DNA from: Geopsychrobacteraceae bacterium
GTDB taxonomy: Bacteria > Desulfobacterota > Desulfuromonadia > Desulfuromonadales > Geopsychrobacteraceae
NCBI GenBank assembly: GCA_963676795.2
Contig: CAXXTB010000002.1
Span: 928,001-992,000, forward strand
DNA: 64,000 nt
Reading direction: 5' to 3'
The notes beneath the pieces were generated by a model that ran no database searches, was not told the DNA's origin, and worked only from the letters and a program-made list of their open reading frames with translations. Shown here piece after piece: positions 27,420 through 36,271 of this stretch (the first letter of the stretch is position 1; the number at the start of each line of letters is the position of its first letter). A program made the position numbers and the translations under genes.

Positions 27420-27655
27420 GTGGAACTTTTTTAGCCGCAGATGCACGCGGATAAGGGCGGATAGAAAGACCTCAATCTTCGTCCACAGACCCACGCCGAC
27501 AAAGGCTGGTTTTCTCTGTGTCCTCCGCGCCTCTGCGCGAGGCTGGGTTTGTTGTCTTTCTGTGACTTCCGTGTTTTCCGTGGAGAGCTTAAAACCTGAT
27601 CTCACGACTATTCGCTATGCTCTCTTAAGGCGCAGAGGGCGCTCAATCTTGGCTA
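27420..27655. repeat. Family-A modular repeat cluster R6
   Basis: ttagccgcagatgcacgcggataagggcggatag; degenerate tctcacgactattcgctatgctctcttaaggcgcagagggcgc. Confidence 0.88.
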
Positions 27656-27661
27656 AGAATC

Positions 27662-28168
27662 TTACCAATCCTCCGGATAGTCAACGGCGGTCGCAGGGTC
27701 GTTGTAGATCAGCACCGCCTGCTCATCGCGCTCCATCACCTTGAGCGCCGTATCCACGGGAATCAGGACCAGCTTGCTCTGATGACGTGCCAGGGCAATC
27801 TTTCCCGCTTCGAGCTTGTCGGCAATCTCTTTAGTCGTATAGAAGCGCTTGATCCGTTTGGCCTCAACATAGCTGTAGGCTTCATCCCCCTCTGCAAGGG
27901 GCTGATGGTTGTTGGCAATCAGCTGCTTTGCTGCCGCCTGCTCTTCTTTCCGTTTCTCCTGCTGCTGACGTTCGATATTGCGCTGCCGATCAGCAGCGGA
28001 CTGCTCTTCACGCTGTTTTTGCAAACGTGCTTTGGCTTCGGCATCAGCATTGACGCTCTGGCCCTTTTGGTTCTGTTTCTTCTCCATACGTTTATCGTGG
28101 GCGGCTTTTTTTGCCTGCTTTTTATTAATCACACCTGCTTTCAGCAGCTGATCCTGTAATGATCCCAT
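27662..28168 (-). CDS. DUF2058 (YaiL-like) family protein
   Basis: SLQDQLLKAG... charged helix ...YPEDW. Confidence 0.82.
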   Translation of the reverse strand: MGSLQDQLLKAGVINKKQAKKAAHDKRMEKKQNQKGQSVNADAEAKARLQKQREEQSAADRQRNIERQQQEKRKEEQAAAKQLIANNHQPLAEGDEAYSYVEAKRIKRFYTTKEIADKLEAGKIALARHQSKLVLIPVDTALKVMERDEQAVLIYNDPATAVDYPEDW

Positions 28169-28254
28169 AGTTTACTCCGCTTGTTTGGTTGAAGTGACGG
28201 GAGAATAGACCATTTTTTCGCTGGTGAAAACCGTTAACGGGAATCGGGCTAGGC

Positions 28255-28435
28255 GGGGTCGGATCAAGAGACGCTGCGGAGAAGATCTCAATCTTTTTTT
28301 AGCCGCAGATTCAGGCGGATAAAAAGCCCACAATCTTTTGCCACAGACCTACACCGAAAAAAGTTGGTTTCCTCTGTGTCCTCTGCGGCTCTGCGTGAGA
28401 TATTTTTTGATCTGTTTTCGGTCTCTTCGTGGACC
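28255..28435. repeat. Family-A modular repeat cluster R7
   Basis: ttagccgcagattcaggcggat; gccacagacctacac; tctgtgtcctctgcggctctgcgtgag. Confidence 0.85.
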
Positions 28436-28484
28436 ATGAATTTCTTTAGTGAGACTAGATTTTTGGATGTGCCCGAACTGTTTT

Positions 28485-28544
28485 AGACAAAGAAAAAGCC
28501 CCTGACGAATCAGAGGCTGTTTTCTTTAAGTGGTACCGAAGGCC
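28485..28544 (-). mobile_element. att-like 60-bp direct repeat (last 14 nt of tRNA-Leu plus its downstream terminator)
   Basis: Identical to 29797-29856. Confidence 0.9.
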
Positions 28545-28648
28545 TGAATCTAACAGCTCTTTTAAGTGTCTGAAAAATATAATATCTGTTTTTGGCTATT
28601 CGCATGAGTCCCCCAACAGGTCCCCTTATATTTCCAGGCTGTAGCTGG

Positions 28649-29074
28649 TTATGAGTCGATTGGGCTTAATTTCTTGACAACTGACAGAACCGCTTCAGCA
28701 GCCTGGATCAGGTCCAGAACAAGGCGTTCGCTGATATCCAGAAAACCTTCGTACTCTCCTCGATTTCTCAGGTTGTGGCAGTGTGCCAGCACTCGCCAAA
28801 CTTCAGGTCCAACCTGGACCGTATGTTCCAGACACTGAAAAACAATATAGCGGTTTTCTGAACGGTAACCATACCAGCGTAATGCCGCCAGAGAGATTGC
28901 ATGAGCAGCATTGTAGGCCAAATCAAAGCGGCTTTCCAGCGACAGGTCGGTATTGTGGGAATCCTTGAGCCTCGTTTGCCCAGATTTCAGCAGACCGTCA
29001 AATTCTCCCTGATCACCAGGTTCGATTTTGAGCTGGTTGATTTTGACGAGGTTTTCAAATTGCTGCAATGTCAC
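28649..29074 (-). CDS. HEPN-like protein (putative toxin of an MNT-HEPN pair)
   Basis: FDLAYNAAH, HNLRNRGEY (Rx4Y); overlaps the end of the MNT gene. Confidence 0.7.
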   Translation of the reverse strand: MTLQQFENLVKINQLKIEPGDQGEFDGLLKSGQTRLKDSHNTDLSLESRFDLAYNAAHAISLAALRWYGYRSENRYIVFQCLEHTVQVGPEVWRVLAHCHNLRNRGEYEGFLDISERLVLDLIQAAEAVLSVVKKLSPIDS

Positions 29075-29663
29075 TATCTGATCCGATCAGGAAAATTTTG
29101 GGTTGCTCAATAACCCTGGTAATAAAGCTATTACTGGAGCTTAGTTTGTTTTTGAGTTCTTGACCAGTGTATATTGTTGGATTGATCTGTCTCCCTAGTT
29201 GTGTTTCAAGCTCTGAAAAAACAGTAAGAAGATCAGGGTAGGTCACTTGGTCTGAGATGAGCATGATGTCTATGTCGCTGCTAGGTGACTCAGTTCCCTT
29301 GGCGATTGATCCGTAGATAAATGCAACTGAAATGACATCATTGTATTGAGCCAACGCATGACGTAACGGGTCTGCTAAACCGAAAGTTTTGCGGACAATT
29401 GCTTTGAGCTCTTCAAAGATAGGTGATGCTGGGTTTGCTTGAAAATGTTTTTGGTTGCCGATCTTGGTGATCGTTAAAAGACCTGCCGCAGAGAGCTTTT
29501 CAAGTTCTCGCAACACAGTTCCTGTCCCAATTCCTGCCAATGCGACAAGCTCTTTTGTGTAAAAGGACTTTTCCGTTTGTCCAAATAGCAGACGCAAGAG
29601 TTGTTGTTGGGTCTTTGTGAATAGGGCGTCAGCCCAATTTGCATTTTTAATTTCTGATCCCAT
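29055..29663 (-). CDS. wHTH + minimal nucleotidyltransferase (MNT antitoxin)
   Basis: N-terminal HTH; FIYGSIAKGTESPSSDIDIM (GSx10DxD); start 29663 or 29684. Confidence 0.85.
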   Translation of the reverse strand: MGSEIKNANWADALFTKTQQQLLRLLFGQTEKSFYTKELVALAGIGTGTVLRELEKLSAAGLLTITKIGNQKHFQANPASPIFEELKAIVRKTFGLADPLRHALAQYNDVISVAFIYGSIAKGTESPSSDIDIMLISDQVTYPDLLTVFSELETQLGRQINPTIYTGQELKNKLSSSNSFITRVIEQPKIFLIGSDSDIAAI

Positions 29664-29691
29664 AATGGGAACTATAGTACCCATTATGGGT
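29658..29691. promoter_or_regulatory. Tandem palindromic operators at the MNT gene start
   Basis: TCCCATAATGGGA (29658-29670) and ACCCATTATGGGT (29679-29691). Confidence 0.65.
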
Positions 29692-29842
29692 AAAATCAAG
29701 ACTGGTTTCTGATTTACTCCAGAAAAAGCTATCAAAACTGGCTGTACTCCAACGATTTTCAGGAAAGGATTTTGCTGGATGCTGTTGGACGGGAAAAGAC
29801 AAAGAAAAAGCCCCTGACGAATCAGAGGCTGTTTTCTTTAAG

Positions 29843-29927
29843 TGGTACCGAAGGCCGGAGTCGAACCGGCACGCCGCGAGGCAACGGTGTTTGAGACCGT
29901 CGTGTCTACCAATTCCACCACTTCGGC
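29843..29927 (-). tRNA. tRNA-Leu(CAA)
   Basis: 85 nt cloverleaf: GCCGAAG acceptor, ACGGT-CTCAAAC-ACCGT anticodon arm, long variable arm, GGTTCGACTCC, encoded CCA. Confidence 0.97.
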
Positions 29928-29939
29928 ACGTGAGGGCTG

Positions 29940-29967
29940 ATTATAGTTGTGGCGCTGTTTTTGTCAA
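29940..29967 (-). promoter_or_regulatory. tRNA promoter
   Basis: TTGACA-16 nt-TATAAT on the minus strand. Confidence 0.85.
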
Positions 29968-29994
29968 CCCAGTAATCATCCTCTGTTCATTTTA

Positions 29995-30360
29995 TTACGC
30001 TATTTCTGATTTTACTGTTTCCGAACAGCAGGACTCCTCTCCAAGGTAGTCTTTGCCCCACTGACACATCAGTTCAAGAATCGGCACCGTGCTGCGTCCC
30101 AGGTCGGTCAGGGAGTATTCGACCCGGGGGGGAACCTCGGCGTAGACGTGACGATGAATCAGACCGTTGCTTTCCAGCTCGCGCAGCTGCTGGGTGAGCA
30201 TCTTCTGGGTGACCTTGCCCAGGCGTCTCTGCAACTGGCTGAAACGCAGGGTCTTGAAATTCAAGTGCCAGAGGATCAGCGATTTCCATTTGCCGCCGAT
30301 GATCTCCAGGGTGACTGCGACGGTGCAGCGATAGGTGCTTTGACTGTGATCGGTGCTCAT
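29995..30360 (-). CDS. HxlR family regulator
   Basis: IGGKWKSLIL, TQKMLTQQLRELE, YAEVPPRVEYSLT. Confidence 0.93.
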   Translation of the reverse strand: MSTDHSQSTYRCTVAVTLEIIGGKWKSLILWHLNFKTLRFSQLQRRLGKVTQKMLTQQLRELESNGLIHRHVYAEVPPRVEYSLTDLGRSTVPILELMCQWGKDYLGEESCCSETVKSEIA

Positions 30361-30488
30361 GTTCTCTCCAATGGTTTCCAAAAGGAAACTACCATACAAA
30401 AAAGTGCGTACTTGTTATATGGATCGCAGTTGATTATGTTTATAAGCGACGTTGCTGTCTACCTCAAAATTTATCAGGAGCAAGACTC

Positions 30489-31481
30489 ATGGAATCATTC
30501 AAGGCGCTGCTTGTTGAGCAGCCTGAAGCTAAACAATTCACCCGTTCAATCGTCTGCCGTACACTTGCCGATCTTCCGCAAGGGGATCTGGTTGTCAGGG
30601 TTCAGTATTCATCGCTCAATTTCAAGGATGCCCTTTCTGCAACCGGCAATCCGGGGGTGACCAGGAACTTTCCGCATACGCCGGGGATCGACGCTGCGGG
30701 AACCGTGATCTCCTGTGACAACGACAGTTTCAGACCGGGGGATGAGGTGATCGTCACCAGCTATGATCTGGGGATGAACACCGACGGCGGATTTTCCCAG
30801 GTTATCCGCGTTCCGTCAGCCTGGGCGCTCAAACTGCCTGCGGGATTAAGCCTCAAGGAGAGCATGATGTACGGCACGGCAGGGTTGACCGCCGCGCTGT
30901 CAGTCCGTGAAGTGGTTGAGAGCGCTGTGACCCCGGATGCCGGACCGGTGGCTGTGACCGGTGCGACAGGGGGTGTCGGCAGTCTGGCTGTGGCGATCCT
31001 GGCGAAACTCGGTTACCAGGTGACGGCGGTCACCGGCAAGTTGAGTGAAGAAGCCTACCTGAAAGGGCTTGGAGCCTGTGCGGTCATGACGCGTGAAGAT
31101 TTCGTCAAAGGCGAAGAACGCCCCCTGATGAAACCGGTCTGGGCTGCGGTTGTCGATTGCGCCGGTGGTCAGATGCTTGCGGCAGCGCTCAAGGCGACGA
31201 AGTATGATGGGGTTGTCACCAGCTGCGGACTGGTTGACTCGGCTGAGCTGAACATCAACGTCTTCCCTTTTATCTTGCGCGGGGTCAGGCTGATCGGCAT
31301 CGATTCTGCCGAGTGTTCGATGGCAAAGCGCCTGAACGTCTGGAACAAGCTGGCCACAGAATGGAAGCTGGATGATCTGGAACAGCGGACAGACGAAGTG
31401 ATACTGGAACAACTGGAAGAGAAGATCGGTCTGATCCTCAAAGGGCAACTGAAGCGTCGGGTTCTGGTCAACCTGCAATAA
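30489..31481 (+). CDS. YhdH/YhfP (AcuI-like) MDR oxidoreductase
   Basis: YSSLNFKDAL, PGIDAAG, GTAGLTA, GATGGVGS, PFILRGVRLIGIDS. Confidence 0.92.
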   Translation: MESFKALLVEQPEAKQFTRSIVCRTLADLPQGDLVVRVQYSSLNFKDALSATGNPGVTRNFPHTPGIDAAGTVISCDNDSFRPGDEVIVTSYDLGMNTDGGFSQVIRVPSAWALKLPAGLSLKESMMYGTAGLTAALSVREVVESAVTPDAGPVAVTGATGGVGSLAVAILAKLGYQVTAVTGKLSEEAYLKGLGACAVMTREDFVKGEERPLMKPVWAAVVDCAGGQMLAAALKATKYDGVVTSCGLVDSAELNINVFPFILRGVRLIGIDSAECSMAKRLNVWNKLATEWKLDDLEQRTDEVILEQLEEKIGLILKGQLKRRVLVNLQ

Positions 31482-31537
31482 CAGCTATGCCGTTGTGGCG
31501 GGCCGGTTTATCGGCTCGCCATGCTTGTTTCATATCT

Positions 31538-31736
31538 TCAAGCGGGGTACCGGCGTTACGATTGCGCGAATCGTGGCGCGTAGCGACGCGTCTAAGCGTG
31601 TAGAGAATAGCAGCCCAAAAGCTATGCAGAGCACCGCGAACAATTTTCTCCAGTGATTTCAAAAGCTTTCTTTTGGTTCCATTTTCTTTGTCGCCACAAA
31701 GAAAATGAGCCCGGCTGGCGGGCCGGGACCCGCCGA
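31538..31736 (+). repeat. Family-B approximately 200-bp intergenic repeat, copy 1
   Basis: Collinear with 42396-42593 and 46888-47088; ends ttttctttg..caaagaaaatgagcccggctggcgggccgggacccgccga. Confidence 0.92.
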
Positions 31737-31771
31737 TTATTGCTATATCGAACAGAACTTGCCGGATTTGC

Positions 31772-32350
31772 TCAGGCTGTTTCCGGCCTCCTGGCCACCA
31801 GGCCGACCAGCGTCCCACCCTTCTTGGACGTCTCGACACCTTCTTCGTAACGCAGAATCTGCCAGTCTTTGAATGTCTCGAGCAATTCTTCCCGCTTGAG
31901 GACCATCTGCGGCTCAAGGCAACAGGGTTCGTCGATAATGACCTCACTGAAGGTACGCATGATCAGCAGCCCGCCCGGTTTGACCAGCTCTTTGAGCTGT
32001 GGCAGCAGCGGCCGGTGCAGGTAGTAGAAATTGATGACCAGATCAAACGGCCCCTGCGGCAACTGCGGCTGTTTTTCCAGGTCAACCTCTGCAGTCGCAA
32101 TCTGCAGATCGAACTCCTGTGCTTCTGCCTGTAATTGTTTCAAAGCAATGGCGGAATAGTCGATCGCGGTCACCTGATAGCCGTGCTGGGCCAGAAACAG
32201 GGCGTTGCGGCCACGGCCGCAGGCGACATCCAGTGCCGTACCGTTGTGAAACAGTTCTTCCTGCTGGAGCAGCCAGTTATCGACCTTCCAGCCGTCATGT
32301 GAATCACGGTTCTGCCAGCGTTCGTTCCAGTATTCCTGGGTCCGGGTCAT
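31772..32350 (-). CDS. TehB-like SAM-dependent methyltransferase
   Basis: ALDVACGRGRNALFLA, FDLVINFYYLHR. Confidence 0.88.
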   Translation of the reverse strand: MTRTQEYWNERWQNRDSHDGWKVDNWLLQQEELFHNGTALDVACGRGRNALFLAQHGYQVTAIDYSAIALKQLQAEAQEFDLQIATAEVDLEKQPQLPQGPFDLVINFYYLHRPLLPQLKELVKPGGLLIMRTFSEVIIDEPCCLEPQMVLKREELLETFKDWQILRYEEGVETSKKGGTLVGLVARRPETA

Positions 32351-32359
32351 TGTTTATCC

Positions 32360-33226
32360 TTAGCGTTTGAGCAGCCAGACGGCAATCAGAGTCAGTATAA
32401 TTCCCCCGATTCGCCGGTGTGTCAGTTGTTCACGATAGATCAGCGCCGAAAGGACGATGGCGATGACGAAATGCATGCCGACGATCATGGCGATCGAAGA
32501 CAGCGGTCCAGATTCGAGTGCGGTCAAAAAGGCGTAGAAGCCGAAGAAGTTGAGCACGCCCATCACCAGGCCGATCAGCACTGAGGCTTTGATGTTGCCA
32601 TGGTCGGCCGATTTTTTCCAGGTTCGGTTGATCAGCAGGGAAAAGAGCGTGGCGAGCAGGTAGGAGAGGGCCATGAAGTCGGTCTTGCCGGTGTGGATTG
32701 CAGCGAATTTGCAGGAGAACGATGACACCGCCCCGCAGAGAATCGCGCCGGCTAAGAACCAGTAGCCGCTTCTGGCATAGTCGACAACCGACGAACCGCC
32801 CGATTTGGCCGTATCTCGACCGAGGATGACCACTACGCCAAAGCCGAGCAGAACCCCCAGCCATTGCCAGTGACTTAACTGTTCGCCGAAATAGATCACC
32901 GAAGCGAGGATGACCAGGATCAGGTTGAGACGGTTGATCGGGAAGGTGACGCTGGCCGGCAGGTGGCGCAACGCTTCGATATGCAGGATCGTCGCTCCGG
33001 CAAAGGAGGCGCTGTTGATCAGCGACAACAGCAGCAGGACTCTGAAATCGCTTGGCGGGGTCTCGCCGCTGAAGTAGCTGACGGCGCTTAACAGCGTGAC
33101 CGTGCCCATGAACAGGGCGGTGGTCAGGGCCGAGTTACATCTCTTCTCGGCGGTGACCTTGTAAAGAAAGCGCTGACTGCCCATCAGCAGCAGCGCGATC
33201 AGGCTGTAGAGATACCAGCTGCCCAT
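32360..33226 (-). CDS. EamA/DMT family transporter
   Basis: About 10 TM segments in two repeats (FGEQL / YREQL). Confidence 0.85.
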   Translation of the reverse strand: MGSWYLYSLIALLLMGSQRFLYKVTAEKRCNSALTTALFMGTVTLLSAVSYFSGETPPSDFRVLLLLSLINSASFAGATILHIEALRHLPASVTFPINRLNLILVILASVIYFGEQLSHWQWLGVLLGFGVVVILGRDTAKSGGSSVVDYARSGYWFLAGAILCGAVSSFSCKFAAIHTGKTDFMALSYLLATLFSLLINRTWKKSADHGNIKASVLIGLVMGVLNFFGFYAFLTALESGPLSSIAMIVGMHFVIAIVLSALIYREQLTHRRIGGIILTLIAVWLLKR

Positions 33227-33499
33227 CTTCTAGTATCCTGTCATGCTAAAAATGTTGCATTCAGCGTGATAAGAAGCTGTTGACAGCGAGGCGTGTGAGC
33301 GCAAGGACACGATAGATCGAATTCGAGCGAACGCAACATAAGCAGATGGCCGCTTATCATCACGCCCGAAGGGAGTATCACCTACACGCCAATACTGCGT
33401 TACAGCCCTTGTCAAGGGAGTCACCATTGTCTGCTGGCTGCGCCTTATCTTGACGTGCAGGTGAAGCTCTGAAACAAACATTTGGGGCATGGCAGGACA

Positions 33500-35509
33500 C
33501 TAACACTCGGCATCGTCGATGATCCAGTGAATGACCCGGCGCGGGCCGTGGACACCGACGGTCATGGTCCCCTCGATATCACCGGTGCGGCTCGGGCCGC
33601 TGACCTGGATCAGGCGCGATGGCATGGCTTCGCTGTTGTCAGCCATGTAGGCTTTCAGATCGGCATAGAGCACGGAGCGCGCTGTCAGGGTCAGCTGAAC
33701 CTCCGGCAGCAGCGAGGCGAGGGTGCCGTGCCCCGGCCCTGTGGCAAAGACCAGCGAACCGGTTTCGGCCAGGTAGGCCTTGCTGAAGGTGATGCCGACC
33801 CTTGCCTGATCGAGCAGCGCCATGTCAAAGGCCTGATCGGCGGCGCAGGCGGCAATCTGGCAGTCACCGGCCGCAAGGCTGTCACTCAGCAACTGATGCA
33901 GTTCCCCGGGCCAGCTCCCCTGCGGCAGAGCGACGAGCGAACAGTCTTCCTGGGTGAGCAGTTGCTGCAATCGACCCGGAATCTCCTGGCGGGCAAGCTC
34001 CGCAACTTCGACACCAATGGCTGCCGAACGCTGAAGGTAAAGGCTGAACAGATCCTGCTCTTCCTCTGGGTGCGGAGTTGCTTCGGTCTTGTCCTGCTGC
34101 GTTTCGCGTTTGAGCTGCAGGTGTGGCCCGGTCTTCTGGCGCTGTTGCCACCACTGGCGGAAGCCCGGTTCCTCCTTCGGCTGCGGCATCTCATGGTTCA
34201 TCGCCCAGTTGCCGGCGCTCTTGTTGAGCTTGGGCAGCATGCCGGCGAGCTGCGGATTGCGCAGCACCTTGCGCAGGGCCTGAAGACCGTTGCGATAGGC
34301 GACCGGCGAGGTGGTCAGGCGCGCGGCGATATCCGAAGAAAAGGCAACCTTGCCGCTGCGGTTGCGCAAGGAGCGATGATAGTCCGGCAACGGAATCTTG
34401 ACCGCGCAGACCTCGGCACAGCGGCCACAGAGAGTACAGGCGTTGGCCAGATCCGGATACTCTTCGGAGCCCCACAGGGTCGATGAGAGGACCGAGCCCA
34501 TCGGTCCGCAGTAGGGTGATTCGTAGGCGTGGCCGCCGACTGCCTTGTAGACCGGGCAGTGGTTGAGGCAGGCGCTGCAGTGCAGACAGTGGAGCATCTC
34601 GCGCCAGGGGCTGACGGCGATATCGCGGCGGCCGTTGTCGAGCAGCACGACATGCAGCTCTTCCGGGCCTTCAGTTTCACCTTCGCGGCGCGGTCCGGTG
34701 GTCATATTGATATAGCTTGAAGCGCGCTGGCCGGTGGCTGAACAGGTCAACAGCGAGAGGAAGTCGGGCAGGTCGGCGAGCGACGGAATCAGTTTCTCCA
34801 TACCGACCAGGGCGACCTGAACCCTCGGCAGGGTGGTGCACATCCGGCCGTTCCCCTCGTTGGTGACGATGGCGATGGTGCCGCTGTCAGCGACGGCGAA
34901 GTTGCAGCCGGTGATCCCCATCCCCGCGTCGAGGAAACGCTGGCGCAGCACCTTGCGGGCAAAGCGCACCATCCCTTCGACATCGAGATCTTTCGGTGCG
35001 CCGATCTTCTCGGCGAACAGCTGACGGACCTCATCCTGGTTGCGGTGGATCGCCGGAGCCATGATGTGTGATGGATGTTCACCGGCGAGCTGGATGATGA
35101 ACTCGCCAAGGTCGGTTTCGGTGACCTCGACACCGGCTTGCTGCAGTGCGTGGTTCAGCTCGATCTCCTCGGTGGTCATCGACTTCGATTTGACCGCTGT
35201 CGAGACGCCTCTTTCGCGGGCGATCGTGGCGATGATCCGGTTGGCCTCGGCGGCATCCCTGGCCCAGTGCACCTGGGCGCCGAGCTCTTTGAGCTTGGCG
35301 GCGAACATGTCGGACCAGTGGTCGAGGTTGGCGGACACCTCGAGCTTGCGCGAACGCCCCCAGGCACGCAGCTCTTCGAACCCCGGTTTGCTGTCGGTGG
35401 TTCTGGCGCGCATACTGGTCAGCAGCCCGGCGGTCTTGCGTACCGCGTTCTGCAGGCGCTTGTTGCTGATGGCCCGGGCGCTCTGGGCGCGGAAGTTGCG
35501 GCGGCTCAT
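33500..35509 (-). CDS. lutB: LutB/LldF Fe-S protein fused to a C-terminal LUD (LutC/LldG-like) domain
   Basis: VKSKSMTTEE, ETDLGEFIIQL, CLHCSACLNHCP, CTLCGRCAEVC; C-terminal SGPSRTGDIEGTMTVGVHGP. Confidence 0.88.
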   Translation of the reverse strand: MSRRNFRAQSARAISNKRLQNAVRKTAGLLTSMRARTTDSKPGFEELRAWGRSRKLEVSANLDHWSDMFAAKLKELGAQVHWARDAAEANRIIATIARERGVSTAVKSKSMTTEEIELNHALQQAGVEVTETDLGEFIIQLAGEHPSHIMAPAIHRNQDEVRQLFAEKIGAPKDLDVEGMVRFARKVLRQRFLDAGMGITGCNFAVADSGTIAIVTNEGNGRMCTTLPRVQVALVGMEKLIPSLADLPDFLSLLTCSATGQRASSYINMTTGPRREGETEGPEELHVVLLDNGRRDIAVSPWREMLHCLHCSACLNHCPVYKAVGGHAYESPYCGPMGSVLSSTLWGSEEYPDLANACTLCGRCAEVCAVKIPLPDYHRSLRNRSGKVAFSSDIAARLTTSPVAYRNGLQALRKVLRNPQLAGMLPKLNKSAGNWAMNHEMPQPKEEPGFRQWWQQRQKTGPHLQLKRETQQDKTEATPHPEEEQDLFSLYLQRSAAIGVEVAELARQEIPGRLQQLLTQEDCSLVALPQGSWPGELHQLLSDSLAAGDCQIAACAADQAFDMALLDQARVGITFSKAYLAETGSLVFATGPGHGTLASLLPEVQLTLTARSVLYADLKAYMADNSEAMPSRLIQVSGPSRTGDIEGTMTVGVHGPRRVIHWIIDDAEC

Positions 35510-36255
35510 GATTTTGCTCCTTCCAGCGCTTCGGCGATCAGTTCCGCCAGGTGTACACAGCGTAAGGCTTTACCGCGCTTCTTGGCGCCGCCGGAGATAT
35601 GGGTCAGGCAGCTTAAGTCAAGAGAGGTCAAGATTTCCGCCTCGGTGGAAAAGATATTGTCCAGCTTGTCTTCCAGCAGCTGGCCGGAGATCTCCGGCAG
35701 CTTGACGCTGAAGGTGCCGCCAAAGCCACAGCAGGTGTCCTTTTCCGGCAGGTCGATGTAGTTGGTCCCGAACAGCTGGGTCAGGTACTCTTCTGCGACG
35801 CCGCGCAGGCCGATGCCGCGCAGGGTCTGGCAGCTGGAATGGTAGGTGACGCGCATCTGCCGCGGATGCGCAGGCAGCTCACGCACCCCGGCCTTGTTGA
35901 GGAATTCACAGAACTCAAAAGTTTTTGCGGCCAGAGCGACAAACCGGGCATGCAGCTGCGGATTGTCGGCGAACAGCTGCGGATAGTTGTTGCGTACGGT
36001 TGAGACGCAGGAGGAACTGGGGGCGACGATCGCCGCGGAGCTTTCAAAGACCTTAAGAAAGTGCAGGGCGACCCGTTTGGCCTCGGACACTTCGTTGCAG
36101 TTGACCCATTTCTGGCCACAGCAGGTCTGTTCCGCTGGGAAGTCGACCCGAAAGCCCGCCGCTTCAAGAACACTGACGACGGCGCGTCCGGCCGACGGGT
36201 AGAGCGCTTCGGCAGAGCAGGTCAGAAAGAGAGAGACGTTTGACGGTAGAGACAT
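35506..36255 (-). CDS. lutA: LutA/LldE CCG-domain Fe-S protein
   Basis: QTCCGQ, YHSSC, CCGFGGTFSVK. Confidence 0.88.
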   Translation of the reverse strand: MSLPSNVSLFLTCSAEALYPSAGRAVVSVLEAAGFRVDFPAEQTCCGQKWVNCNEVSEAKRVALHFLKVFESSAAIVAPSSSCVSTVRNNYPQLFADNPQLHARFVALAAKTFEFCEFLNKAGVRELPAHPRQMRVTYHSSCQTLRGIGLRGVAEEYLTQLFGTNYIDLPEKDTCCGFGGTFSVKLPEISGQLLEDKLDNIFSTEAEILTSLDLSCLTHISGGAKKRGKALRCVHLAELIAEALEGAKS

Positions 36256-36271
36256 GAAAACTCCTGAAACT

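Noticed and set aside
11478..28435. Repeat clusters as a CRISPR array
   Set aside because: No identical 23-50 nt repeats separated by unique spacers of constant length; modules are degenerate and shuffled, and no cas genes are present.
11875..29927. Prophage or ICE
   Set aside because: No integrase, structural, replication or conjugation genes.
33260..33480. Intergenic stretch resembling another mobile repeat or sRNA
   Set aside because: Single copy in the window and no structure or family I can support.
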